59,208 nucleotides of DNA from Myxococcota bacterium (GCA_036149055.1 JAYZQJ010000142.1:1-59208), one strand, 5' to 3'. Counted from the first letter of the stretch, positions 1 to 9,039 are shown. Made by a program: numbers and translations. Notes: a model not told the origin generated them from the letters alone.

Positions 1-209
1 GCCAGCTCGCGCGAAGCGCGAGCGCGAGCCGCGTGGCTCTCGCGCGGCGCGCGGGACACCGGCGACGAGCGAAGCGACGTCGCCGGCCAGTGGGTGGGGG
101 GGCCCCACGGAGCCGGCTGCCCCGTCACTGCGGGGGGTGCGGAGCACCCGGAGCGGGGACGGGTCTGACGGCGCAGTGGGGGGGGGGGGCTGGAAGCCCC
201 TCCCGACAA
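1..209. repeat. Dispersed multi-hairpin (REP/MITE-like) element, copy A; divergent variant, truncated by window start
   Basis: Bases 1-32 (gccagctcgcgcgaagcgcgagcgcgagccgc) match 51286-51317 with 1 mismatch. Hairpins at 5-23 (GCTCGCGC-GAA-GCGCGAGC), 59-86 and ~183-204 occur in the same order as in copies B and C. Confidence 0.75.
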
Positions 210-211
210 GT

Positions 212-796
212 TCAGTTACGGTGGATGATGACCCGGCGGCGGGTGCCGTCGTCTTCGACCACGTCGCGGCGCTCGCGCAGGAGGTCGCGGACCCGGCGGG
301 CGACCGGCTCGCTCGCCGGCGAGAGGTGCCAGCGGGCCCGGATGGAGCCGTCGGCGGCCTCCTGGAACTTGATGAAGGCGATGAACTGGCTGTCGAGGAT
401 CCGGCGCTCGTTGTCGCTGATCGTGCCGAAGCCGGCCTCGCTCGCGCTCACCGTCAGCACGATCTCGTCCTCGAGCTCGCCGAGGTACTCGCGCTCGACC
501 TCGGTGACGAGGCGGTAGGTCTCGTTCCGCTCGAGGTCGACGTCGGTGCGGAAGGTCTTGACCGTCACCAGGGCGACGACGTCGGCGAGGGTGACCCGCC
601 GGTCGATGTCCTCCTCCCAGGTGCGCAGCCAGGCGCCGCCGAGCGCCTCCGGGTCGCGCACCATGTCGAGCCCGTTCTCGAACGCCGGCTCGTGCTCGGC
701 GGTGAACGGGGTGATGTCCCGCTGGATGGGTCCGCTGGCGCCGCATCCGGCGAGCGCGAAGAGGAGGAGGCACGCGGGGAATCGGTACGGCGTCAT
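212..796 (-). CDS. Hypothetical lipoprotein (194 aa)
   Basis: Start moved to MTPYRFPACLLLFALAGC, which has a lipobox (LAGC); the rest is globular, non-shadow sequence. Confidence 0.8.
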   Translation of the reverse strand: MTPYRFPACLLLFALAGCGASGPIQRDITPFTAEHEPAFENGLDMVRDPEALGGAWLRTWEEDIDRRVTLADVVALVTVKTFRTDVDLERNETYRLVTEVEREYLGELEDEIVLTVSASEAGFGTISDNERRILDSQFIAFIKFQEAADGSIRARWHLSPASEPVARRVRDLLRERRDVVEDDGTRRRVIIHRN

Positions 797-809
797 CGGC
801 GCCCGGACC

Positions 810-1826
810 TTAACAACCGGCGGGGCCATCCGCCACGCCCTCGCCGCCATCCGAGCACGCCGCCCAGAGCGCGACGAGGTCCGGCGCGAGCGGCGCCTCG
901 ATCGCCATCCGCTCCCCGGTGCGCGGGTGCGCGATCTCGAGGCGGTGCGCGTGCAGCGCCTGCCGCCGGTGACCGAGGCGACGCTCGAGCGCGGGGGTCA
1001 TGCCGCCGCCGTCGACGTAGTCGAGGAACGGCTGCGGTCCCTCCGGGCCGTAGAGCTTGTCGCCGACGATCGGGTGACCGAGCGCGGCCACGTGGACCCG
1101 GAGCTGGTGCTGGCGGCCGGTCTCCGGGTGCAGCGCGATCAGGGTGCGCCCCGCGGCGCGGGCCCGGACCTCGAAGCGGGTGCGCGCCGGCGCGCCGTCC
1201 TCGCGCACCTCCATCAGCAGATGAAGGCCCTCGTCGGGTCGACCCATCGGCAGATCGATGCGGCCCCGATCCTCGACCCACTCTCCTTCGAGGATCGCGA
1301 GGTAAGTCTTCGAGACCTCGCGGTTTTCGAACTGCGCCTTGAGGGCGCGCTCGTCGTCGAGGGTGCGCGCGCAGACCAGCACCCCGCTCGTCTCGCGGTC
1401 GAGCCGGTGGGCCAGGTGGGGCGTGCGATCGGGCCAGCGCTCGCGCATCAGCCAGGTCAGCGTGTTCTTGTGGTAGGTCGCCGACGGGTGCACCGGCAGG
1501 CCCGCGGGCTTGTCGACGACCACCATCGCCTCGTCCTCGTAGAGCACGCCGAACTCCTGCGGCGTCTCCGGCTCCTCGAAGCTCGGGCGCACGAGGATGA
1601 CGATCTCGCCCTCCTTGACCCGCTCGCTCGGCCGGCGCTTCTTGCCGTCGGCGCGGTAGGCGCACTTGCGCACGATCGCGTTGGCGCGGGTGCGGCTCAG
1701 GCGCGGGATGCGGGTCTGGATGAAGCGGTCGAGGCGCACCCCGGCCAGCTCCCGGGGGACCGGGAAGGACAGGACGATCCCGTCTCGGGGCGTCCCGGGC
1801 GGATGCGGGACCTTCCTGCGCTGCAC
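810..1826 (-). CDS. RluA-family (RluC/RluD-like) RNA pseudouridine synthase with N-terminal S4 domain
   Basis: S4-like RLDRFI..SRT; motifs VVDKPAGLPVHP, HRLDRETSG (catalytic Asp), TGRQHQLRVH, GHPIVGDKLYG, RQALHA. Confidence 0.93.
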   Translation of the reverse strand: MQRRKVPHPPGTPRDGIVLSFPVPRELAGVRLDRFIQTRIPRLSRTRANAIVRKCAYRADGKKRRPSERVKEGEIVILVRPSFEEPETPQEFGVLYEDEAMVVVDKPAGLPVHPSATYHKNTLTWLMRERWPDRTPHLAHRLDRETSGVLVCARTLDDERALKAQFENREVSKTYLAILEGEWVEDRGRIDLPMGRPDEGLHLLMEVREDGAPARTRFEVRARAAGRTLIALHPETGRQHQLRVHVAALGHPIVGDKLYGPEGPQPFLDYVDGGGMTPALERRLGHRRQALHAHRLEIAHPRTGERMAIEAPLAPDLVALWAACSDGGEGVADGPAGC

Positions 1827-1832
1827 GACCTC

Positions 1833-1841
1833 ACCGTATCA
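1833..1841 (-). promoter_or_regulatory. Putative extended -10 promoter (TGaTACGGT) 6 nt upstream of the RluA-family gene's GTG start; leaderless-type geometry
   Basis: The minus strand reads TGA-TACGGT-gaggtc-GTG. Confidence 0.45.
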
Positions 1842-1910
1842 AACGCGTGCGCCCCCGCTCGCGCGAACGCGGGCAGGGGCGGTGCGTGGGATACTGGATC
1901 CCGAGCGACG

Positions 1911-2102
1911 TCAGGCCGCTTTGATGATTTTCCCGGTGCGGATGCAACGGGTGCAAGCCTGAACACGCTGGGTGCGGCCATCGACCACCGCGCGAACCGA
2001 CTGCAGGTTGGGCCTCTGCCACTTGCGCGACTTACGGTTCGAGTGGCTGACGTTGTGGGCGGCCTGAGCGCCCTTGCCGCAGATGCTGCAACGGTATGCC
2101 AT
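1911..2102 (-). CDS. rpmB: 50S ribosomal protein L28 (Zn-ribbon form, two CxxC)
   Basis: MAYRCSICGKG...NVSHSNRKSRKWQRPNLQ...CTRCIRTGKI is the L28 signature. Confidence 0.97.
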   Translation of the reverse strand: MAYRCSICGKGAQAAHNVSHSNRKSRKWQRPNLQSVRAVVDGRTQRVQACTRCIRTGKIIKAA

Positions 2103-2157
2103 GATCATTCCTCCGAAGGGGTGCGCTTGTTAGCACCCGAGCCCCGAGCCTGCAACG

Positions 2158-5106
2158 ATGCCCGGACGGAATGTCCCGATGGGGCGACGACGTTCAGCTT
2201 CCAGCTTGCCCTCCGAGAGCGCGCCCGAGCCCGCTCGACCCATCCGCTGGCCCGCGCGGATCGGGCTCGCCGTGCTGTGTCTGGCCACCCTCCCGCTCGG
2301 CGGCCCGGCCCCGGAGGGCGCGCCCTCGACGGCGCCCGGCCCCGCCCCGGCCGAGGCCACGACCGGCCCCGCCTCGGTCACGCTCTCGCTCGCGGGAGAC
2401 GATCCGCCCGCCTCGGTCAGCGCGTGGGCGGAGGCCGACGGCGAGCGGCTGGCCCAGGTCTCCGGAGCCCTGCCGCTCACCCTGGAGCTGCCCACCGGCG
2501 TGCCGCTGACCGTGGTCGCCGAGGCGCCGGGCCGCGCCCGCTTCGCCGAGCGGCTGGTCCTCGACGGCGATCGCGCGCTCCGGGTGCCGCTGCCGGCCGG
2601 CGCGCCGCTGCGGGGCCGGGTGGTCGACGATCTCGGCGAGCCGGTCGAGGGCGCTCAGGTGCGGCTCGACCGCGAGGACGAGGCCTCCCCCCTCCCCTGG
2701 ACCGCGACCACCGACGAGGAGGGCGTGTTCACGCTCGATACGCTCTGGACGGGCGCCCACCGGCTCGAGGCGCGGGCGAGCGGCCACGCGCGGCTGGCCC
2801 GGGCCGGGGTGACGCCCTCGGAGGAGCCCCTCCACCTGACCCTGGAGCGGGTCGGCCTGGTGGCCGGCCGGGTCATGCGGCCCGACGGCGATCCGGCGCC
2901 CGGGGCCGAGGTGGTGATCGCGGGCAGCGGGCTCTGGCCGGCGCGGCGGAGCCAGACCGGCGAGGACGGCCGCTTCCGCTTCCCCGAGGTCCCCCCGGGG
3001 GTCTACGAGGTCCGCGCGTTCGCGGGCGATCAGGTGGCCGAGCCGCGCCGGGGCCTGCTGGTCGAGGCGGGCAGCCGGGCGCTCCTCACCTTCGCGCTCC
3101 AGGACGGGGTGCGGCTGACTGGTATCGTGCGTGACGCGGACTCCTCGGCGCCGATCGAGGGGGCGGAGATCACGGTGGCGACCGAGGCCCTCGACGCGGC
3201 CCCGCGGGTGGCCCGGACCGGCGAAGACGGCCGGTTCCTGATCGGGGGCCTGCCGGCCGGGGTCGTGCAGCGGGTCAGCGTGTACGCGGGCGACTACGTG
3301 CCGGTCAGCGCGCTCGAGCACCCGCCGGGCGAGCCCCTGGAGGTGGAGCTCGTGCGGGGCGCGGTGCTCGCCGGCGTGGTGCTGGACGCCGACCGAAGGC
3401 CGGTCCCCCACGCCACCCTCGAGGTCCTCGGCGAGGACGCGCGGCAGCAGCCGATCAGCCTCGGCGCGGGCCGCGGCTTCCGCTCGGCCGTCTTCGACGC
3501 GCAGGGCGGCCCCGCGCCGATGGCGCTCGAGGTGACGGCGGGCCCGGTGCCGCCCATCCCGGTGGCGCCCGTGGGGACGAGCGAGCTGGCCTTCGCGCCC
3601 CTGCCCGAGACCGATCTCGAGGCCCGCTACCAGGACGCCCACCAGACCGACGAGGAGGGGCGGTTCCGGATCACCGGGGTGCCCCCCGGCTACGTGCAGG
3701 TGGTCGCGCGCCGGCAGGGGCTCGCGCCGGGCTCCACCGAGCGCGTCTTCGTGGCCGCCGGGAGCGAGCGGGACGATCTCGAGCTCGTGCTGCCCCCCGC
3801 CGGACGGCTGGTCGGCCGGGTGCTCGACGACCGCGGCCGCGGGCTCGACGGGATCCTCGTCGAGGCGCGGAGCGACGCCCTGCCCCACCCGCGGGTCACC
3901 TTCTCGGATCACCGCGGCCGGTTCGAGCTGGACGGGATCGTCGGCGAGCTCACGGTGACCGCCCTGCCCCACGGCCGGCCCGCGGCGCGCGCCCGGGCCG
4001 AGGTGGTCTCGGGCCAGGAGACCGAGGTCGAGCTCGCGCTCGAGGAGGCGCTCCACACCCTCGCCGGCCGCACCGTCGACGCCCGCGGCTTCCCGGTCGG
4101 CTCGGTGCAGCTCACCGTCTCGTCGCTCCGCGCCGACGCGCCGCACCGCCGCACGCTCTGGAGCGCCGAGGACGGCAGCTTCTCGCTCCCCGGCCTCCCG
4201 GCGCCGCCGTGGCGCGTCGAGGCGAGCGAGCCGACGTTCGCGCCCGCCCGGGTCGACGTCTTCGAGCCGGTGGCCGACCTCCGGGTCCGCCTCGACCGCG
4301 GCGCGGCGGTCACCGGGAGCGTGCTCGACGATCGCACCGGCGAGCCGGTCGCGGCCCGGGTGGAGCTGGTGCGGGACGACCTCCCGCCCGAGATCCTCAC
4401 CGCCGAGACCGACCCCGAGGGCGCGTTCCGCTTCGACGGCGCGCGCGAGGGCCTCTGGACGCTGCGGGTCCAGAGCGACGACCACCTCCCCCACGAGGCC
4501 GACTTCCGGCTGGAGGCGCGAGGCCCGCGCCCGCGCGACCGGAGCCTGCGCCCGGTGCGCCTCACCCCCGGCAGCCGCCTGGAGGGCACGGTGGTCGACG
4601 CGCTCGGGGCCCCGGTCTCGCGCGCGACGGTGGCGGTCGACGACCACACCGCGACCACCGACGGCGACGGGCAGTTCGTGCTGCGCGGCCTGAGCCCGGG
4701 CGAGGTCATCGCGGTGGCGAGCCACCCCGCGGCCGGCGAGGCGGAGAGCGACGCGACCCGGCTCTACGAGGGCCGCGAGACGCTCGGCGTGGTCATCCAC
4801 CTGCCGGAGCGCTTCGACGCCGAGCGCGCCGGCGCCCTGCCCGGCCGGCGCCGCGGCGTGGCCCTCGAGGTCAGCCAGGCCGGCGACGAGATCCGGGTGC
4901 GCGAGGTCTCCCCCGGCGGCGGGGCCGCGCGCGCCGGCCTGCGCCCCGGCGACGTCCTGCTCGAGATCGACGGCGACGCCCCCGGCAGCGCCCGCCAGGC
5001 CCGCCGCCTCCTCGCCGGCTCGCCGAGCGTGCCCGCGGTCCTCGCCGTCCGGCGCGGAGACCGCGAGGTCACCCTCGTCGTCGAGCGCGAGACTTGGACG
5101 CCCTAG
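2158..5106 (+). CDS. Secreted protein with multiple carboxypeptidase-regulatory-like beta-sandwich repeats and a C-terminal PDZ domain
   Basis: Repeated GRVxD..G.PV.GA.V and TDxxGRF motifs; C-terminal VSPGGGAARAGLRPGDVLLEIDG (PDZ); N-terminal hydrophobic segment. Exact start uncertain. Confidence 0.85.
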   Translation: MPGRNVPMGRRRSASSLPSESAPEPARPIRWPARIGLAVLCLATLPLGGPAPEGAPSTAPGPAPAEATTGPASVTLSLAGDDPPASVSAWAEADGERLAQVSGALPLTLELPTGVPLTVVAEAPGRARFAERLVLDGDRALRVPLPAGAPLRGRVVDDLGEPVEGAQVRLDREDEASPLPWTATTDEEGVFTLDTLWTGAHRLEARASGHARLARAGVTPSEEPLHLTLERVGLVAGRVMRPDGDPAPGAEVVIAGSGLWPARRSQTGEDGRFRFPEVPPGVYEVRAFAGDQVAEPRRGLLVEAGSRALLTFALQDGVRLTGIVRDADSSAPIEGAEITVATEALDAAPRVARTGEDGRFLIGGLPAGVVQRVSVYAGDYVPVSALEHPPGEPLEVELVRGAVLAGVVLDADRRPVPHATLEVLGEDARQQPISLGAGRGFRSAVFDAQGGPAPMALEVTAGPVPPIPVAPVGTSELAFAPLPETDLEARYQDAHQTDEEGRFRITGVPPGYVQVVARRQGLAPGSTERVFVAAGSERDDLELVLPPAGRLVGRVLDDRGRGLDGILVEARSDALPHPRVTFSDHRGRFELDGIVGELTVTALPHGRPAARARAEVVSGQETEVELALEEALHTLAGRTVDARGFPVGSVQLTVSSLRADAPHRRTLWSAEDGSFSLPGLPAPPWRVEASEPTFAPARVDVFEPVADLRVRLDRGAAVTGSVLDDRTGEPVAARVELVRDDLPPEILTAETDPEGAFRFDGAREGLWTLRVQSDDHLPHEADFRLEARGPRPRDRSLRPVRLTPGSRLEGTVVDALGAPVSRATVAVDDHTATTDGDGQFVLRGLSPGEVIAVASHPAAGEAESDATRLYEGRETLGVVIHLPERFDAERAGALPGRRRGVALEVSQAGDEIRVREVSPGGGAARAGLRPGDVLLEIDGDAPGSARQARRLLAGSPSVPAVLAVRRGDREVTLVVERETWTP

Positions 5107-5140
5107 CAGGCGCGGCGAGGCCCGAAGGGCCGCGCCAGCG

Positions 5141-5180
5141 CCTGCCCCGTGCCCCTGCCCGTGCCCGTGCCCCTGCCCGC
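5141..5180. repeat. Hexamer-like microsatellite (C/G)TGCCC x~6 between convergent genes, preceded by the hairpin GGCCC-GAA-GGGCC (5119-5131)
   Basis: cctgccccgtgcccctgcccgtgcccgtgcccctgcccgc read directly from the sequence. Confidence 0.7.
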
Positions 5181-5235
5181 GCTTCGGAAAGGCGGGCGCG
5201 GCCCCGCCTTCGATACGCGCGGGCGAGGCCGTTTC

Positions 5236-6744
5236 TCACCGGTCCACCGGGAGCCAGCCCGACGGGGAGCGGCGCGCGTGGCCGTCCTCGGCGAGCTTGA
5301 TCAGGTGGGCCTCGGTCGACTGCGCGGCGAGCGGCCAGACCATCTTCGGCGCGTCGCCGTAGCAGTCGGGCACGAGCTCCATGGCGCTCGCCGGGCCGCC
5401 GTGCCGCTCGAGGGCCGCGCGCACCTTCGCCTCCCGGGCCAGGCGGTGCTCGACGTAGTGGGCGAGCAGCCCCTGCGCGTCGCGGATCGGCATGCCGTGC
5501 GCCGGCAGCAGCAGCGTGGGCGCCTCGGCGGCCATGCGGCGCAGGGAGTCGAGGTAGAGGCGCATGTCGCCGTCGTGCGGCTCGACCAGGATGGTGCCGA
5601 CGCTGGCCACCATGTCCCCGGCGATCATCGCCCCGCTCGCCTCCTCGAGGAAGCAGAGGTGCCCCGGCGCGTGCCCCGGGGTGTGGATCGCGCGCACCGT
5701 GATCGGCGTGGGCCCGTCGAGGTGGATGCGCTCGCCGTCCTCGAGGAGGCGGTCGAAGCGGAGCTCTCCGCGGAGGCGCTCGGCCGTCTGCGCGTGCCCC
5801 CAGAGCGGCAGGTCGAAGCGCTCGGCCAGGGCCCGCGCGCCGCCGACGTGGTCGGGGTGGTGATGGGTCGCGACCAGCGCCTTGGGGCGGATCCCGTCGC
5901 GCGCCGCCTCCTCGATCCAGGCGTAGGCCAGCTCGAGCTGGTCGGGGTGCGGGGTGGCCGGCTCGACGAGGATCGCCTCGCCCGAGCCGATCAGGTAGGC
6001 GTTGGTGTGGGTCGCCGGCGGCAGCGTGGGCGTGCGCAGCGGCATCATCTGCACCCACGGCACGACCTCCCAGCGCAGGCACTCCTGGCCGTCGGCGCCG
6101 TGCACCGCGCGCAGCGCCTCGGGCACCAGGCGCCCGTGCTCGCGCAGGGTCCGCACGAGCAGCGCGACCGGCGGCGCGAGCATGACCTCGGAGCGCGACC
6201 AGCGGCGCCAGGCCGCGTCCACCCGCACCCACTCCGCCTCGTCGAGCTCGAAGAGATCCGGGTCGACCGGGAGGGCGCGGTCGAGGGTGAGCGCGAAGAA
6301 GCGGGTGTCGAAGCGGCGCCTCGCGTAGCGCGGGGTCAGCCAGCGCCCCGACGGCACGAGCGAGGCGGTCTGCCAGACGAGGCCGTGCGCCCGGAAGCGC
6401 GCCCTCCCCTCCGCCGGCGCGTCGCCCCGCAGCGCGTCCCGGAGCGCCTGCGTCTCGGCCTCGTCGAGCCGATCGGCGCCGTGGGCGAAGAGGAGCCCCA
6501 CCTCCTCGAAGGTCTCGCGCAGCGCGCTCACCCGCGCCGCCACGTCGTCCCCGCCGTCGTGCGGCATGTCGCGATCGGTCGCGTCGACCAGCCCGCCGGG
6601 GCAGACGTGGAAGCGCGCGAGCGCCGGCGCGTCGTCGGGGCGACGGGCCCAGAGCAGCGAGGGCACGTCCTCGCCGTGGTGGACGAGGGTCAGGCAGGCG
6701 GCGTCGAGCGGTTCGGCCACGGAAGGCGAAGGATAGTCACTCAT
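5236..6744 (-). CDS. NUDIX hydrolase + metallo-beta-lactamase-fold (LACTB2-like) fusion protein
   Basis: Nudix box PGG.VD...ALRETFEEVG and RRFDTRFF; MBL motifs THHHPDH, HTPGHAPGH, AGD, LLPAHG; winged-helix-like C-terminus AHLIKL. Confidence 0.88.
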   Translation of the reverse strand: MSDYPSPSVAEPLDAACLTLVHHGEDVPSLLWARRPDDAPALARFHVCPGGLVDATDRDMPHDGGDDVAARVSALRETFEEVGLLFAHGADRLDEAETQALRDALRGDAPAEGRARFRAHGLVWQTASLVPSGRWLTPRYARRRFDTRFFALTLDRALPVDPDLFELDEAEWVRVDAAWRRWSRSEVMLAPPVALLVRTLREHGRLVPEALRAVHGADGQECLRWEVVPWVQMMPLRTPTLPPATHTNAYLIGSGEAILVEPATPHPDQLELAYAWIEEAARDGIRPKALVATHHHPDHVGGARALAERFDLPLWGHAQTAERLRGELRFDRLLEDGERIHLDGPTPITVRAIHTPGHAPGHLCFLEEASGAMIAGDMVASVGTILVEPHDGDMRLYLDSLRRMAAEAPTLLLPAHGMPIRDAQGLLAHYVEHRLAREAKVRAALERHGGPASAMELVPDCYGDAPKMVWPLAAQSTEAHLIKLAEDGHARRSPSGWLPVDR

Positions 6745-7486
6745 CCGAGCCGAGGCTCGGCGTGCCCGCGGGCGGGGGCAGCGGCACGCCCCCCACGAGC
6801 TCGCGGGAGACGCCGCTCGACGGGGTGCCGGGCGCCATCGGGAACATCGAGGCGCGCTGCCCGGGCAGGATCGACGGCGAGCGCCCCTCGCGCGCGCGCT
6901 TCGGGTCGCCCACGATCTTCAGGCAGAGCTTCAGGATGGTCTTCACCGTCTCGAAGACGCCCTCGCCCTCGACCGCGACCGCCTCGAGCTCCGGCACGCC
7001 GTCGGGCACGGCCAGCGCCTCGCGCAGCGCCTCGACCTCGAGCACGTCCGGAAGGTCGCGCTTGTTGTACTGCACGACCAGCGGCAGCTCGTCCGGGTCG
7101 TCGCCCTGCCGGCGCAGGTTGTCGGCGAGGTTGTGGATGCTCTCGATGTTGTCGGCGAGCCGGGTGCGCTGCGAGTCGACGACGAAGACGATGCCGTCCA
7201 CGTGGCGCAGCACCAGCCGCCGGGTGCGGTCGTGCGCGATCTGGCCGGGCACGGTGCAGAGGTGGAGGCGGACCTGGTAGCCCTTGAAGGTGCCGAGCTC
7301 GACTGGCAGGAGATCGAAGAAGAGCGTCCGCTCCGACTCGGTGGCGAGGGAGATGAGCTTGCCGCGCCGCTCCGGCTTGGTGCGCCCGTGGATGAGCTCC
7401 AGGTTGGTGGTTTTCCCACCGAGCCCGGGCCCGTAGTAGACCACCTTGAGGTGGATCTCTCTGTGGGCGTGATTGACGAGGGGCAT
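6737..7486 (-). CDS. mglA: MglA-family small Ras-like GTPase (orphan paralog with C-terminal extension)
   Basis: KVVYYGPGLGGKTTNL, ERTLFFD, TVPGQ, DGIVFVVDSQ and QYNKRDLP all match the MglA family. No roadblock-domain mglB is adjacent. Confidence 0.88.
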   Translation of the reverse strand: MPLVNHAHREIHLKVVYYGPGLGGKTTNLELIHGRTKPERRGKLISLATESERTLFFDLLPVELGTFKGYQVRLHLCTVPGQIAHDRTRRLVLRHVDGIVFVVDSQRTRLADNIESIHNLADNLRRQGDDPDELPLVVQYNKRDLPDVLEVEALREALAVPDGVPELEAVAVEGEGVFETVKTILKLCLKIVGDPKRAREGRSPSILPGQRASMFPMAPGTPSSGVSRELVGGVPLPPPAGTPSLGSDE

Positions 7487-7555
7487 GGGAACCGCTTGCC
7501 GCCGGCAGCGTCAGACGATACCGGTACCCCGGCCCCGAGGGAATGTCGACCTCCG

Positions 7556-7840
7556 ATGAAGCGCCAAACCGCCGCGATCTCCTTCTTCTTCGCGCTCGCC
7601 CTCGGCTGCGGCGGAGCCCCGCCCCCCGACGCCGACGCGGCCTTCCGCGCCATCCAGGTGCACGAGGCGACCATCGCCCATCGGGGCGCCGAGGCCGAGC
7701 GCTGCGCCCCCGAGGCCCCCTGCCCGGCCGCCGACGCGGTGTGTGAGGCGGCGGACGCGCTCTGCGCGGAGGCGGAGCCGCTCGACGACGCGGACGCCGA
7801 CGCGCGCTGCGCCCTCGCCCAGCGGCGGTGCGGACGATGA
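7556..7840 (+). CDS. Small Cys-rich lipoprotein (94 aa)
   Basis: MKRQTAAISFFFALALGC lipobox plus six further Cys; ATGA overlap with the next gene. Confidence 0.75.
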   Translation: MKRQTAAISFFFALALGCGGAPPPDADAAFRAIQVHEATIAHRGAEAERCAPEAPCPAADAVCEAADALCAEAEPLDDADADARCALAQRRCGR

Positions 7841-9033
7841 GCTGGGTGAGCGACCTCGAGGCGGCGCTGGCCCGCGGCCGCAGCGACGACGACTCGGTCC
7901 GGGTCATCGCCCCGCAGCGCCCCCCCGTCCTGGACGCCGAGGGCGTGAAGGCGGTGGTGGCCCCGCTCTTCGCCGCCATCTTCTGGGGCGCCGCCATCTT
8001 CCGCGAGATGGTGGGCGGCACCCCGCTCGATCCGATCGCGGTGGTCCTGCGGCTCCTCGCGCTCGGCATGACCCTGCGTGTGCTCTTCCTCGGCGCGGAG
8101 ATGCTGCGCCGCTTCGGCGTGTGGGCGCAGACCAAGGCCTACGGCCTCGCCATCAGCGACGAGGGCCTGATGTTCCGCACGCCCGAGGCGGACTACGCGG
8201 TCGCCAAGGCGGACGTCATCGGCGTCTCCGAGCGCGGCCGCTGGCAGGAGCGCGGGGCCGGCCGCCGCTGGAGCGAGGTCTACGTGGTGCTCGACCCCGA
8301 GGCGTCGGGCGGCCGGACCCACCTCGCCCTCCCGCCGGTCTTCGAGGACACCCCCGGGCTGCTCGCCGAGCGGCTGATGCGGTGGCGCGGCCCCCTCCCC
8401 GAGGCGGAGCCGAGCGACGCCAAGCCGGCGGACCTCGCGAGCCGGCTCTACGACGACGCGGTGAAGGGCGACGTCCCGGCCGGGGTGCTCGCCATCCGCC
8501 ACGACCGCCAGTGGCTTCGCAAGGCGCCTTACGCCCCCGTGCTCGCCGGCGTGGTGGCGATCGAGGCCCTGGTGCGCGGCGGCAGCGCGGTGTGGCAAGC
8601 CATCGAGCCCTGGATGGGCGGCCTCCTGGTGCTCGCCCTGCTCGCGGTCCCCGCCCGCTGGCTCTGGCAGACCGGTCGCGAGGTGAAGCCCCGCAAGGGC
8701 CTCGGCCTCGTCATGACCCCCGCCGAGGTCCTCATCCGCACCCGCGCCGGCATGCTGCGCGTCCGGTGGCGGGAGCTCGCCCAGATCAACCTCGATGCCA
8801 AGAAGAAGTGGTCGGTCCTCGAGGGCGCCCACGCCGCGCGCCAGCTCGTCCTCCTGCGCACCACCGCCCCCGTGATCCGCTACGACGAGCCCTACCTCGG
8901 GCTCCCCATCGAGGTCGCCAAGCTCCTCCTCGACGCCTACCGATCGGGGCAGCTCCCCCGTACGCCCGCTGCCCGCTCGGACGCTCCCGACTCGCGGGAA
9001 GGCCGGGCGGGCGGAAGCTCGGAAGAGGAGTGA
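7837..9033 (+). CDS. Hypothetical integral membrane protein (two TM pairs, each followed by a PH-like soluble domain)
   Basis: Hydrophobic segments at about aa 40-90 and 230-275, followed by YGLAISDEGLMF and GLVMTPAEVLIR...VRWREL patterns, which suggest an internal duplication. Confidence 0.8.
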   Translation: MSWVSDLEAALARGRSDDDSVRVIAPQRPPVLDAEGVKAVVAPLFAAIFWGAAIFREMVGGTPLDPIAVVLRLLALGMTLRVLFLGAEMLRRFGVWAQTKAYGLAISDEGLMFRTPEADYAVAKADVIGVSERGRWQERGAGRRWSEVYVVLDPEASGGRTHLALPPVFEDTPGLLAERLMRWRGPLPEAEPSDAKPADLASRLYDDAVKGDVPAGVLAIRHDRQWLRKAPYAPVLAGVVAIEALVRGGSAVWQAIEPWMGGLLVLALLAVPARWLWQTGREVKPRKGLGLVMTPAEVLIRTRAGMLRVRWRELAQINLDAKKKWSVLEGAHAARQLVLLRTTAPVIRYDEPYLGLPIEVAKLLLDAYRSGQLPRTPAARSDAPDSREGRAGGSSEEE

Positions 9034-9039
9034 CCCCCA

